Assembly: GCA_032718475.1 (NCBI GenBank)
Contig: JAUCBJ010008006.1
Coordinates: forward strand, 1 to 64,000
DNA: 64,000 bases
Source: Nemertoderma westbladi
Taxonomy: Eukaryota > Animalia > Xenacoelomorpha
Direction: 5' to 3'
Made by a program: the position numbers and the translations under genes. Positions 49,598-62,800 of this stretch are shown here, in pieces (the stretch's first letter is position 1; each line of letters begins with the position of its first letter). A model generated the notes under the pieces. It was not told the origin of the DNA. It saw only the letters and a list, made by a program, of their open reading frames with translations, and did not search any database.

Positions 49598-51740
49598 GTC
49601 GTCGTCGTTACGATTTTGACATGCTAATAACTTTGTCGGATTTAAAGCTGCCAAGTTGAAAATTTGTAGGTATCAATATGAGCAAAAGTTGAGATTTTTG
49701 AGAGACTTTCAGACACCATCAGTGCAATGGTCTCCCGCTAGAGGGCCACATGTCTAAACATTAAATGCCCTCCCATTTCTTTGCTTTTAATCCGTTTAAG
49801 CTGAAACTTGGCAGATATGTATTAGACCATTAGCTGTGACTTTCAAAGGAGACGAATCCATCTGCAGTTCTCCAGTCTGCCGCTAGAGGGCCAAAGGTCT
49901 GAAAGTGAAATCGTTGTCGTCGTTACGATTTTGACATGCTAATAACTTTGTCGGATTTAAAGCTGCCAAGTTGAAAATTTGTAGGTATCAATATGAGCTA
50001 AAGTTGAGATTTTTGAGAGACTTTCAGATACCATCAGTGCAATGGTCTCCCGCTAGAGGGCCACATGTCTAAACATTAAATGCCCTCCCATTTATTTGCT
50101 TTTAATCCGTTTAAGCTGAAACTTGGCAGATATGTATTAGACCATTAGCTGTGACTTTCAAAGGAGGCGAATCCATCTGCAGTTCTCCAGTCTGCCGCTA
50201 GAGGGCCAAAGGTCTGAAAGTGAAATCGTTGTCGTCGTTACGATTTTGACATGCTAATAACTTTGTCGGATTTAAAGCTGCCAAGTTGAAAATTTGTAGG
50301 TATCAATATGAGCTAAAGTTGAGATTTTTGAGAGACTTTCAGACACCATCAGTGCAATGGTCTCCCGCTAGAGGGCCACATGTCTAAACATTAAATGCCC
50401 TCCCATTTCTTTGCTTTTAATCCGTTTAAGCTGAAACTTGGCAGATATGTATTAGACCATTAGCTGTGACTTTCAAAGGAGGCGAATCCATCTGCAGTTC
50501 TTCAGTCTGTATATCACACCGGTGGATATTATGTATATCACACCGGTTGGTATTCTGTATACCACACCGGCTAATATTCTGTATATCACACCGGTTGATA
50601 TTCTGTATGTATATAACACCGGTTGATATTCTGTATATCACACCGGTTAATATTCTGTATATATCACACCGGTTGATATTCTGTATATCACACCGGTGGA
50701 TATTATGTATATCACACCGGTTGATATTCTGTATATCACACCGGTTGATATTCTGTATGTCACCCCGGTTGATATTCTGTATATCACACCGGTTGATATT
50801 CTGTATATCACACCGGTTGATATTCTGTATATCACACCGGTTGATATTCTGTATATCACACCGGTTGATATTCTGTATATCACACCGGTTGATATTCTGT
50901 ATATCACACCGGTTGATATTCTGTATATCACACCGGTTGATATTCTGTATATCACACCGGTTGATATTCTGTATATCACACCGGTTGATATTCTGTATAT
51001 CACACCGGTTGATATTCTGTATATCACACCGGTCGATATTCTGTATATCACACCGGTTGATATTCTGTATATCACACCGGTTGATATTCTGTATATCACA
51101 CCGGTTGATATTATGTATGTCACCCCGGTTGATATTCTGTATATATCACACCGGTTGATATTCTGTATATCACACCGGTTGATATTCTGTATATCACACC
51201 GGTTGATATTCTGTATGTATATCACCCCGGTTGATATTATGTATATCACACCGGTTGATATTCTGTATACAACACCGGTTGATATTCTGTATATCACACC
51301 GGTTGATATTCTGTATATCACCCCGGTTGATATTCTGTATGTATATCACACCGGTTGATATTCTGTATGTATATCTCCCCGGTTGATATTCTGTATGTAT
51401 ATCACCCCGGTTGATATTATGTATATCACACCGGTTGATATTCTGTATACCACACCGGTTGATATTCTGTATATCACACCGGTTGATATTCTGTATATCA
51501 CCCCGGTTGATATTCTGTATGTATATCACACCGGTTGATATTCTGTATGTATATCACCCCGGTTAATATTATGTATATCACACCGGTTGATATTCTGTAT
51601 ACCACACCGGTTGATATTCTGTATATCACACCGGTTGATATTCTGTATATCACACCGGTTGATATTCTGTATATCACATCGGTTGATATTCTGTATGTAT
51701 ATCACACCGGTTGATATTCTGTATGTATATCACTCCGGTT
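46755..51740. repeat. Intronic 24/28-bp minisatellite (atatcacaccggttgatattctgt), interrupted at ~49455-50507
   Basis: Visible 24-bp period with tatg-insertion variants. It is the source of the ISTGVIYR-type ORFs. Confidence 0.97.
49455..50507. mobile_element. Non-autonomous DINE/Helentron-associated-like element: (CGT)n microsatellite followed by ~3 x 315-bp tandem units
   Basis: Unique head, (cgt)n at 49527-49607, units in register at 49611, 49926 and 50241 (cgattttgac), with ataact...tgaaa motifs. The family assignment is inferred from architecture only. Confidence 0.5.
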
Positions 51741-52525
51741 ATATAGAGTTGCTAAATTCGTATATTTATATGAAATTTGTTTTACTAATAGTACAACTTG
51801 CGTTTCTCCCCAATCAGATTCAGATTGTCACATTATTTTTCTAAGTTCTAAAAATGTTAGGTATTTAATAAAATGTTCTAGAACATGTTTTTGTATTCCA
51901 TATAGTTGTTGAAAAAGTTACGGTACTAGATATTTTTTACATTTCATTTTCTAGAACGTGTTCGCTGTTATATAAAAAAAACTTTTGTATACAAAACAAA
52001 GCGATCATGTTGCAAACACCAGCAGCTAGCTATTGATTAAATTTTGTGATAACAAACGTTCTAGAATAAAAAAAAAAGATGTTCTAGAACATTTCGAAAC
52101 AATGGCTATGCTAATATATTATGTTAACACCCGTCGCTGGGCTCCTCTCGGGTCATAACGCCCATAGATTGATATTTTTCGCACAATTATATAAATAGTT
52201 GGCAAAGGCTACTGACCGGACTCGTTCACCGGACCGGACCGGACCGGACCCGACTCGTTCACCGGACCGGACCGGACCGGACCGGACCCATTGCCATTTA
52301 AAGAAGCAGGTTAGTAAAGGAGCAGGTTACAGAGGCGTGTTGGGGGAACCAAAACAATAAACGAAAGTTAACACATGTTACAAGATTATGGGTCAGGTTA
52401 CTTAAGTTGTGGTAATAAAGGTCCGGTCAATAATACACAAGTAAAATATAAATCAAATATAAAGCTTCAATACGGTATTTAGAGGGTCCGGCCAGGAGAC
52501 ACTTCTTAAATAGTTAACCACTTAC

Positions 52526-52685
52526 CACTGCGATCGGAGTTATCCGTAGCTGTGCGTGTCACTTGACGGGTTATGTGATGGGCTGCTTGGCGGGTTACTT
52601 GATGGGTTGTACGGCGGGTCCCCTTATTTAGCTTCACACTATTATCAGACATTTCGGCGCAATTAAACAATAATTCCCCCTGAAT
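52526..52685 (-). CDS. Zinc-finger gene exon 4 (IQGELLFNCAEMSDNSVKLNKGTRR...DNSDRS)
   Basis: Acceptor ttttatttctag, donor GTAAGT. 160 nt, phase 0 in and phase 1 out, fits both neighbours. Confidence 0.75.
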
Positions 52686-53016
52686 CTAGAAATAAAATTG
52701 TAATCAATAATTATTTATATATTTATTAATATTATTACACAATCTGGGGAGGGGGGGCGGTCTAAAACTCCGGAATTTTCTGGGATGCCCCCCACCCCGC
52801 TGAATGGCCCTTACAGGGGGCTGTTTGGTTAACACCCGCTAATACGGGGCTAAAAATATATTAAATACAGTTCCGCGTAACACCACTGGTTAGTGGACCA
52901 GTAAAGTACATTCACGATTTTTAATATTAAAACCTTAATAAATTTGCGACTACAGGTTAAGTATAATTCAACCTTTCTATAAATACAATAACTATAATAA
53001 TAACGCTAACGCTAAC

Positions 53017-54070
53017 CTTCTCTTGAATATTTTCGTTCTCAGTGACCACAGGTTCAATGGCCTCGCGAATAACTTCAGTCTCATCCCCGGCAACCTTTGG
53101 TGGGTCATCAGCAACATCAACCGTATTAGAAACCACGGCGGCATCCACCACTGTATCGCACACTTCATCATCCACCTCCATTACATCGTCGACTACATCA
53201 CCAAACTCGTTGCTACGACCTTCAGCAACAGCTGTGCCCATTACATCGTCAACTACATCACCAAACTCGTCGCTACGACCTTCAGCAACAGCTGTGCCCA
53301 TTACATCGTCAACTACATCACCAAACTCGTCGCTACGACCTTCAGCAACAGCTGTGTCGGTAGCGCCAGGTATAGAATCGTCGGAGGGGGATACAGACCC
53401 GTGGGTTTCCGGTTGGAATCGCTCGGATGGTAACGTGTCCTGGTCAATGTCCGACTCGTCACGCGTTTCAGAATCATCGTCACGCACCTCGATGTTATCA
53501 CGCTCACCTTCGGCTTCGAGCGCCTCCAACTCGGCGTCACACGTTACGTCCTCACACGTGTCACACACATCGTCATCAACACTATTAAGCATATCCAATT
53601 CAATGTCACGAACATACATCCCAGTTTCACGATCATCCTCCCCACCACTGTCACCCGCATCCTCCCCACCACTGTCACCCGCATCCTCCCCAACACTGTC
53701 ACCCGCATCCTCCCCAACACTGTCACCCGCATCCTCCCCAACACTGTCACCCGCCACCTCCCCAACACTGTCACCCGCCTCCTCCCCAACACTGTCACCC
53801 GCCTCCTCCCCAACACTGTCACCCACATCCTCCCCAACACTGTCACCCGCATCCTCTCTGGTTTCACTCACCCCCGACACACTGTCACGAACCTCGACCT
53901 CATTACTCCGAACACCGGACGGACTTCTCGCGTGCAGGTTTTGGTCCGAAGTGGATATGCGATCCGCACGGCCGTCCGAATCGTTGTCAGGGAGACCGTC
54001 TGCGGTAACCCGTGGCTCCTCGTGCGGGTCGATTCCAGACTCCTGACTTTCTACGCTAACCTCAGGCTCC
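53017..54070 (-). CDS. Zinc-finger gene exon 3, highly acidic, with internal 24-bp (DAGDSVGE) and 60-bp repeats
   Basis: Acceptor tgttttttag, donor GTTAGC, open frame; phase 2 in and phase 0 out. Confidence 0.8.
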
Positions 54071-54631
54071 CTAAAAAACATCGGGCAAATATATAACACC
54101 TAGGATTGTATGAAATTACCACCAACAAGAGCTCGGTTCAATAAATTTAACCTTCGCAAACTCTCACATAACCAATTCATACAATTTAAAATTGGTACCA
54201 GTTAAACATTTCTACCTAGGTTTGGTTGGGTAGGACCAAATTAAACCTATTAATACTGGGATGTTTAGACCATTAGCAGCACTAGGGTAGATTCGTCCCA
54301 CCAATGTATTTTTGTAACAATACATAAACGATTAGGCCTACCCGGGAGTGCTTTTAATTAAATTGAATTTAACTAAAAAATGCTGTTAATTTGTTCAATA
54401 GGCCTACTTGAGGAAAACTACCACGCAGAATGTTTTAGTTAAGTTCTTTAATTCGATTCAGCGCCATGGAAACCCCCGAAAATTGAAGCAACTTCAAAAT
54501 TTAGAAGACTTTCAGAAAATATAAAAAAATTCAATTTGGGTCCCACGAATGGTTTTTGGTGAAACATAAGGCCAATATCACTACATTTTGAAAGTTCTTC
54601 CATTTCATTCGGCACCAATAATTGCACTAAC

Positions 54632-54917
54632 GTGTTATTCGTTATGAATTGAGTGTCTGTACTATCGGTTACACTGGTAGAGGTAGTATCCGTTGTACCA
54701 CTGCCACTGGTTACACTGGTAGTATCCGCTGTACCATTAGTTACACTGGTAGTATCCGCTGTACCATTAGTTACACTGGTAGTGGTAGAATCCGTTGTAC
54801 CATGAGTTACACTGGTATTATCTACTGTACCGTTGGTATCAATATTGTTGGGTATTCTCTTATTCACATTGTCCATATCGCCATCAACCACATCGTCTAT
54901 CATCTCTTCCAATGTCT
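54632..54917 (-). CDS. Zinc-finger gene exon 2 (Thr/Asp-rich repeats)
   Basis: Acceptor ...aaatcgtag, donor GTTAGT. Phase 1 in and phase 2 out. Confidence 0.65.
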
Positions 54918-55142
54918 CTACGATTTACAAATAGAATACCGTATAATACCGGTCAATACAGTAAATACTAAATATAAATAATGTAACACACATATATACT
55001 GTTAGTTGCTGAGTTATCCCATTGCAGTATTGTATAAGGACTTGCATCTCGATTCTATGAAAATATTCCAGAACATGCAGATTGCAGGTACTGCGTGAAT
55101 GATGAGCGCTAGGCCTCTACCTTCACTGCTACACTGTATTGG

Positions 55143-56484
55143 TAGGGTGGTTCATATTTCAACAATTTTTGAATTTCAGCTGGGTTCATGTTCTAATTTG
55201 TTCCAAATTGCATAACAACTCGTTTGATAACTTGCATCATAGTAGCTGCTTGAGCCGTCGCCCGGTCCCACATAAAATGTAATCGTGGGACTACTTCTTG
55301 TCATTGTTAGGTAAAAAGGTATACAAATTTAAATTTCTTGCACAATTTGCTACAGAATTGTCGTTGAACCCAAATGAAAATGTTAGTATTAAATTCTTTC
55401 ACATGTCCACATCCAGTTCCCGCCCTAGCCGCAAGAGAGTCATATTCCCCATTTTTGTGAAAATCAACTTCTTATTCCTACCACATGGATATTATGCTCA
55501 TTAGAACCACAATGACCGATTTAGTTGGTGTAGACACTTTCAAAATAAGCATAGAGCGAATCGTTTTTGAGATATTGCAGAAAATATGAAGTCCGGCACA
55601 AGTCAACATTAGCGCCTTGATGCGATATTGACAAATACACTAAAAATGATACTTATAATTATCTCAAGGCATCCACAATTCACACATAACTGCAGTGATC
55701 AATTTAGGGGATGTTGGCACTCTAAAAATATGAGTTGATTGATTAGTTCTCGGGTTATTGTACAAAATGTCTGGACTGAGTCAACTCAATATAAGGTCAT
55801 TAATTGGTGGACCTAACCTTGATATTTTGTACAATAACTCAAAAACTAATCACTCAACTCATATTTTTAGAGTGTCAACATCCCCTAAATTGCTCAGTCA
55901 GTGCAGTTATGTGGGAATTGTGGATGCCATGAGAAAATTAGAATTATAATTTTTAGTGTATTTGTCAATACCACATCAAGGCGCTAATGTTGACTTGTAT
56001 CGGACTTCGGTTCTACAATATTTCAAAAACTATTCGATCTATGCTTGTTTTGAAGGTGTCTAGACCAACTACATCGGTCATTGCGGTTCTAATGAGCATA
56101 ATATCAATATGGTAGGGATACTAGAAGTTGATCATCACAATAATGGGGAATATGACTCACTTGCGGCAAGGGCGGGAACTGGATGTGGACATGTGAAAGA
56201 ATTTAATACTAACATTTTCAGTTGGGTTCAACGACAATTCTGTTGTGTAAGAAATTTGAATTTGTACACCTTTTTACCTAACAATGACAAAAACTAGTCC
56301 CACGATTACATTTTATTTGGTTCCGGGTGACGGCTCAAGCAACTACTATGACGCCATGGTGGGTGTAGTTCCCGGAAACTCCAACACATTTTGAAGTTAT
56401 CAAATGTATTTTGATGCAATTTGGAACAAATTAGAACATGAACCCAACTGAAATTCAAAAATTTTTGAAATATGAACCACCCCA
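55143..56484. mobile_element. 1342-bp foldback DNA transposon (Mutator/MULE-like, non-autonomous)
   Basis: ~625-bp inverted arms (TAGGGTGGTTCATATTTC... / ...GAAATATGAACCACCCCA) around a ~50-bp spacer. 9-bp TSD CTGTATTGG at 55134-55142 and 56485-56493. Confidence 0.88.
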
Positions 56485-56668
56485 CTGTATTGGTCTATAC
56501 CTGCTACCGTATATGTGTGTGTATCTGTGCAGTGCCGGTATAGAAAAAGGGGGTTAATGCAAAATAATAGTGCAAAATCAATGTCTCGTCTCGGCGAATT
56601 AAAAATTTGAATTAGTAGGCCTAATACTATGGTAATCACACAAGCACTGCATCACAGATACAACCTAC

Positions 56669-57107
56669 CCGTACCGTGAGTAGAACCAATAATATAAGAA
56701 TCGGAGCGACGTTCCTGCTGGGATTCCACGGCATTCATATCCTTTGAAGTTGGTACCGGTACCAGTGCCGGTACGAGTGCCGGTACAGGAATGTAATCAT
56801 CTGTCGAACTGTCAGAATTTTCGTCGTTAGTAGAAATTTCTTCATCTTTTCCTTGCAAATTACAGAACTCTAAGTCAGAAACATCATTTATATTGCGGGC
56901 AGGTGACGACTGCGGAACGAGTGCGGATTCGGTAACCACGTCTGTCATATCTACGTCCGGCGGTAAGTAGGAATACTCTTCATTAGTAATCAATGGGGAC
57001 TTTAGCAGTTCTTTTTGATTTCGGTTGAGTTCAGAAAATGTATCTTTAAAGCTATCATCGGAATCACTATTATTATTAACGTTGCCGACATTAAAATCAA
57101 CATCCAT
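56669..57107 (-). CDS. Zinc-finger gene first coding exon (MDVDFNVGNVNNNSDSDDSF...)
   Basis: ATG at 57107, phase-1 donor GTAGGT (alternative GTACGG 6 nt earlier). The five exons total 5358 nt, i.e. 1785 aa plus stop. Confidence 0.7.
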
Positions 57108-59509
57108 AATTTGGTACCGGAATTTGGTACAGTATTAGAGCAGTATTATCGATCGGGCAATGTACCTGTCATGTACCGGTACCGTACCGTATAGGCCTAT
57201 CATCCTATAATACAATTATAATACATGTAGGCCTATTGTATAGGCAGATAGATACGGTAGGGTCTAGAGTGTAGAGGCCGCCTCGGTAATCAGGGTAGTC
57301 TCGTTTCGGGTGTATACCAGATGACCGGCAACCGGTATAGCAGAAAATGTCCACCCCCTCAAAATTATCCTCCCGACTGCCCGGTTAAACGTTAGTGTAA
57401 TTTAATTTTAACCCCCGGTTAGAATTCACTACTACCGGTAGGGTCAGAGGGGGGCCTATTTTAACCGGGAATGAAACTACTGTGATTTATTAGTGAAATT
57501 TAACCCACCTCATTGTATTCTTACCAGGCAGCCAGGGGTGGAAAAAATCAACGTTTTTTAAAGAAATAAAATAGATTAGATTTTTTTGCTTAGGGCCTAC
57601 CGGTTTTTAAAAGGGGTTTTTTTTTTAGGTTTTTAAAAAAACCTACAGGTAAAGGATTTTTAGGTTTTTTTATTATACAGTCAGACAGTTCTGCAGTTGT
57701 AGCTTGTAGGCCTAATAGGCCTAGATCAGTACACAGTAGATACGGTATCGGTATAGGCCCCCTATAACTTTTTATAATTTGAACCTATTTCATTTGATTT
57801 ATGGAGGAAGAGGACCTCCCCTCCCACGCCTCCCTCTGTCCCTCCAGACAGCCAGACCGCTGCCGCTCTGCCCTCTTCCAGTCTTCACAGATCTGCAGAT
57901 AATAATCCACCACACAGCCACGCCACACTGTCACGTTAGGGTCCTACGAATTACCCAAAAAAACACAATATTACCAAAAAAAAACACAAAAATACACAAA
58001 AAAACACAATATTACCCAAAAAAAACTACGGGTACCCAAAAAGAATGTTTTTCATAAACAATGTATCTACAATAAGATTTAGGTTAATTGTAAGAAGAGT
58101 TTCAGTTTTCAATTTTCACTTTTTTCAAAATATTACATTTTGTTCATTTTAAGATTCCTTTAATCTGTTAATGACCTACTGCCACCGGTTTACCGGCAAG
58201 CCTACCCAGCCATACTGCCAGACAGCATGCAAAATCAGATTTCTTAATTAATGGAAAATTTTCTAACCAAAACAATAAACGATAACCAAAGAACACAGGT
58301 TACAGTCTTATTTTTCCAACCCTATAGGATAGGCCTATAAATTATTTTTGTTTTATTTTCACCCCCAGCAGCCCAGGTTAGAATGATGTCTGCATGTGGC
58401 ATGGATCGGATCAGTCTAGGCCTACCTACCTACTCTACTGCAGTACTGGCAGACAGTACTGCCGACTGGACCGCCTTACAGCCTTAGCACAGTACCGGTA
58501 GCACGCCATGGCCGTAGGCTAAACACTGTAGGCCTATAGCTGTAGGCCTCTGGCCTATTGCTGTTGCATTCTTTGCATTGTCCTGTTCTGTCAGTCTGTT
58601 CAGCTGTTGTCTGACTGTCTTCCGCTGTACCGGTATAGCTTTAGGGCGTAGGCCTATCTGCCTATTGCCGTTGCATTATCATGTCACATGTTGTCTGAGT
58701 CTGACAGTGTTCCACATCCACTTACATACCGAAATTGTCGTTATTAGTTGGAATGGACTGCCCAACTGTCTGATTGCAAGATCGACAGTTGACAGTTTCG
58801 AGATCTGACTGCAAGATCGAACTTTAATTGCTACGGTACCGGTACCAGTACTGCAGTACAGCAGTATTCAGGTATTACAGTACTGCAGTACAGCTGCAGT
58901 ATTACAGTATTAATTGTATCTTTAAGTGTATTACGTTATGTTCTTTAAGTCTTTAAGTGTAATTACATTGTATCCGATTTTATCGACTGATATGTAACTT
59001 TCTGTGTATACTCGTGATACTATATAGACTGTCATTTTATTGAATTTGTTTAGTAATTCTAATGTATATTTGTAATTTTTAGTGTATGTATCTGACTTTA
59101 TCGACTGTTATGTAATTTGCTGTGTATACTCGTGATTTTACAGACGTCACTTTAACCCTTTAGCAAGCAAGACATTTTATTAGTAACCATTTTTATAAGA
59201 ACACTATTTTAATTTAACTGCGTCCTTTTATGTTTCAATTGTTTTATATATGTTTTTGTCATTGTTTCGTAAACATGGTCGGTATTGGTCGCAATACTTA
59301 ATTACTTACCGGTACTGTTATAATTACTTTCAGTTGGACTTTCTTTTGGTGTGTACGGGTTCCATAAGCATTAGCTTTCTTATACCCAAACTATTAAACA
59401 TTAAACATTAAACATTAAACATTAATTAGTTCCAGTTAGCTAGTACCGTAGTACATCGACTACATCGACTGTGCTAACCGGGCCACTTAGCGTCCACCCA
59501 AAATATGTT

Positions 59510-59815
59510 AATATTACAATCTGACAATAGGATCGCCAGAACCTTTCTCCCCAAACACTACCTTTAATCTATTGTGAACAGTTGGGCAGTCCATTCCAAC
59601 TAATAACGACACTTTATTCGGTATGTCGAGATACGTTATCACTACGATACCACTAAGTTGTTTATACTTGTTTGTTTCTATACTTGTCGGCCTCCTTGCG
59701 TTGATATTTAAAGCTTGCGTTATCCTTAAAGGATCGCATTTCTCCGAGAATCTATATTCTGGTGTGATAGACTCTACCATGCACTGACCTACCATCAATC
59801 TCACTACTTCGTCCT
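59510..59815 (-). pseudogene. Old BEL/Pao protease-region fragment (3' part)
   Basis: KVSLLVGMDCPTVHNRLKVVFGEKGSGDPI matches the BEL post-protease V.LLIG.D.P..H motif (compare VQILIGQNAHEALE in the young element). Confidence 0.6.
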
Positions 59816-59821
59816 TATTAC

Positions 59822-62800
59822 TAATAATAATAATAATAATAATATATATTTATTTATATAGCGCCAAATTTACATAATATACGTACTCTAAGGCGCTGAC
59901 AGCACATAGTACACAGTAATTAATAGTTCGTGACTGCCATAGCAATAGTTATGAAATAAAAAAATCAACTAAAATAATGTAGTAATTAAAAACCAACAAT
60001 AAAAACATCATAAAATATAGTAAAAACAAACAATAAAAACGATCATCGTAAATATTGTAGCATATAGTAAAAAACAAACAATAAAAAAACGATCAACGCA
60101 AGCATTCCAGTGCGGGTTAAATTAAAATGTAATTAATGGCAGAATAGAATATAATGGCAGTGATAATGAATTAAAATTAATAGTAAAAACAAACAATAAA
60201 AACAACTGTTATGGTGGACTTTTTAAGATTTAAAATATATTGATGTTAAAAACAATCGTGTATACATCCAGTACTTAAGTTAAAATTAAATTTAAAATTG
60301 AAAGTAATTAATTAAAAAATGTCAGTCGTCCATTAAAACAAATAAATAATGTTTAGTTTAGATTTAACTTCATATGCACAGCGTAATATAGGACACTAGT
60401 TTACGTGGTATTCCAGATTGTACAGGTGAGTTTTTAGACGTTTCTTAAAAATGCCCACATTCGATGATTCGCGTATGGCCGGAGGCAATGCGTTCCATAC
60501 AGTTGGAGCAGCAATGGAGAACGATCGCCTACCATAATGTTCCGTATTGTAGCGAGGGGCCACGAGTAAACCCAGCCCGCTGGATCGCATCTCGCGGATG
60601 GGTAGGTACGGAGTTAGTAAGTCGCTTAGATACTTCGGGGCACAGTTATTTACGCATTTCCAAGTTAGCAAGGCAATTTTAAAGTCTATACGGCGAACTA
60701 TAGGTAACCAGTGCAATGCTTTTAGGGTTGGAGTTATATGGTCCCTCTTCTTTACACCACATAGAAGTCGAGCCGCGGAGTTTTGAACGTACTGTAGTTT
60801 CTGAATGGATTTTTTTGGCAGACCGTAGTAGAGAGAATTATTGGCGTCAAGCTTTGATGTTACAAGTGCGTGTATAAGTATTTCCATGTTTTGTTTGTTG
60901 ACGTATCGCTTTATCTTTGAAAGATTCCTTAAATGGAAGAATGCCTCACGAACGGTGATTCCTATTTGCTTGCACATTGTAAGCTGAGAGTCTAATTCGA
61001 ACCCGATATTGCGAACGTTTGGGCTGCACGATATTATGTCGCTCCCAATGGTCAGTACTGGGGGGTCCTGCTGGATGCCGAACCTGGACTGCAATAACAG
61101 GACTTTAGTTTTATCGGAATTCATTTTTAAGTAGTTTTTATCCATCCACTCCAGCACATCCACGAGGCAACTCTCAGTTACTTTTACAGCGCTGTTTAAT
61201 TCAATTGGCTTGAAAATCAAATATAATTGGGTATCATCCGCGTAGAAATGACAATGTAGACCATGCCGCTTTATTACAGCTGATAGTGAACGCGTGTATA
61301 CCGTAAACAGAATCGGACCCAATACCGAACCCTGTGGTAGTCCATAGCGGAGGTGCTTTGCGATGGAATATGTATTCCCAATACGCACCTGTTGCGAGCG
61401 CTCCGATAGATATGATACGAACCATTTAAGGGCGACGCCATCAATGCCAATATCGTGTTTAAGTATCTGCAATAGTTTGCTATGTTCAACCGTGTCGAAT
61501 GCCGCGCTTAAATCAAGTGTGATAAACAAACACACCGAACCATCGTCAATTCCACGAAGTACCGTATCAGCAACAGATAACAAAGCAGTTTCCGTACCGT
61601 GTAATGGGCGGTAGGCACTCTGGTAGGGTTCATGCAGACCGTTCAGATTCATGTGGTGCTTTAACTGCTCTACCACCACCTTCTCAGTTAATTTGGAAAT
61701 GTACAGTAAGTTCGAAACCGGTCTAAAGTGATTGAGTATTTCCGGGTCTAATCGCAATTTCTTTAGTATTGGTGTGAGAATTGCTTCTTTGAAACGCGAA
61801 GCCACAGTTCCAGTTCGTAAAGATAAGTTAATTATCAATGTAATGACCATCAATAGTGGTTTTAAGGACATCTTTAGTATGCTGGTTGGAATCGGGTCAC
61901 GTGGACTTGATTTTGACTTCGAGTCGCTTATCAGTTTTTCAACGCCGTCGCTCGTTACGTCACAAAATTTGTGAAGGACCGGTGCCGGAGGCGTCCCGGA
62001 CGGCGCGGGAGGCACCCCGGGCGGCTTCCCGGACGGTGCGGGAGGCGTCCCGGACGGCGCCCCGGATGGCGCAGGAGGTACCCTGGTCGGAGCGAGAGGC
62101 GCCCAGGATGACGTGGGAGGCGTCCCTGACGGTCCTTGAGGCGTCCCGGACGGCGCGGGAGGCGTACCAGATGGCCTGGGAGGCGACCCGCATGGCGTGG
62201 GTGTAGGCACCCCGGACGGCGCGGGCAGCACCCCAGACGGCGAGGGAGGCGTCCCGGATGGCGTGGGAGGCGTCCCGGATGGCCTGGGAGGCGACCCGCA
62301 TGGCGTGGGTGGAGGCACCCCGGACGGCGCGGGCAGCACCCCAGACGGCGAGGGAGGCGTCCCGGATGGCGTGGGAGGCGTCCCGGATGGCGTCCCGGAT
62401 GACGTCCCATTGTGGTTTAGACCATCTCGAATAGATTTAATCTTATTATCGAAGTAGTTTACAAATCTGTTAGCTAATTCCAATTCAGAATTATGTCTCG
62501 GTAATATAACCTTATTTCCTCTGTGTAAAACTTTATTGACGACTTTAAATAGTGTTTTTAGGTCCTCTGAATTGTTCTTGATTATCCCGCTATAATATTG
62601 TTCCTTAGCCGTTGAGATGGCCGCCGCTACCTTGTAACATTGGTTTCTGTATTCCAAGAGGTCAACATGCAGTTTCGTTGTCCGATATTTGCGCTCCAAT
62701 CGGCGTCTAGTTCTCTTCTCATTGGCTATTGACTCGGTATACCATGGTGCCATTGGACGCTCAATTACTGTCTTCGTTACCAATGGTGCATGTCTATCCA

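Noticed and set aside
46743-51844. Many ISTGVIYR / ITPVDILY repeat ORFs
   Set aside because: Translations of the intronic 24-bp minisatellite.
53042-54046. 334-aa Ser/Thr/Pro mucin-like ORF on the + strand
   Set aside because: Antisense shadow of the acidic repeat exon, which has phase-compatible splice sites on the minus strand.
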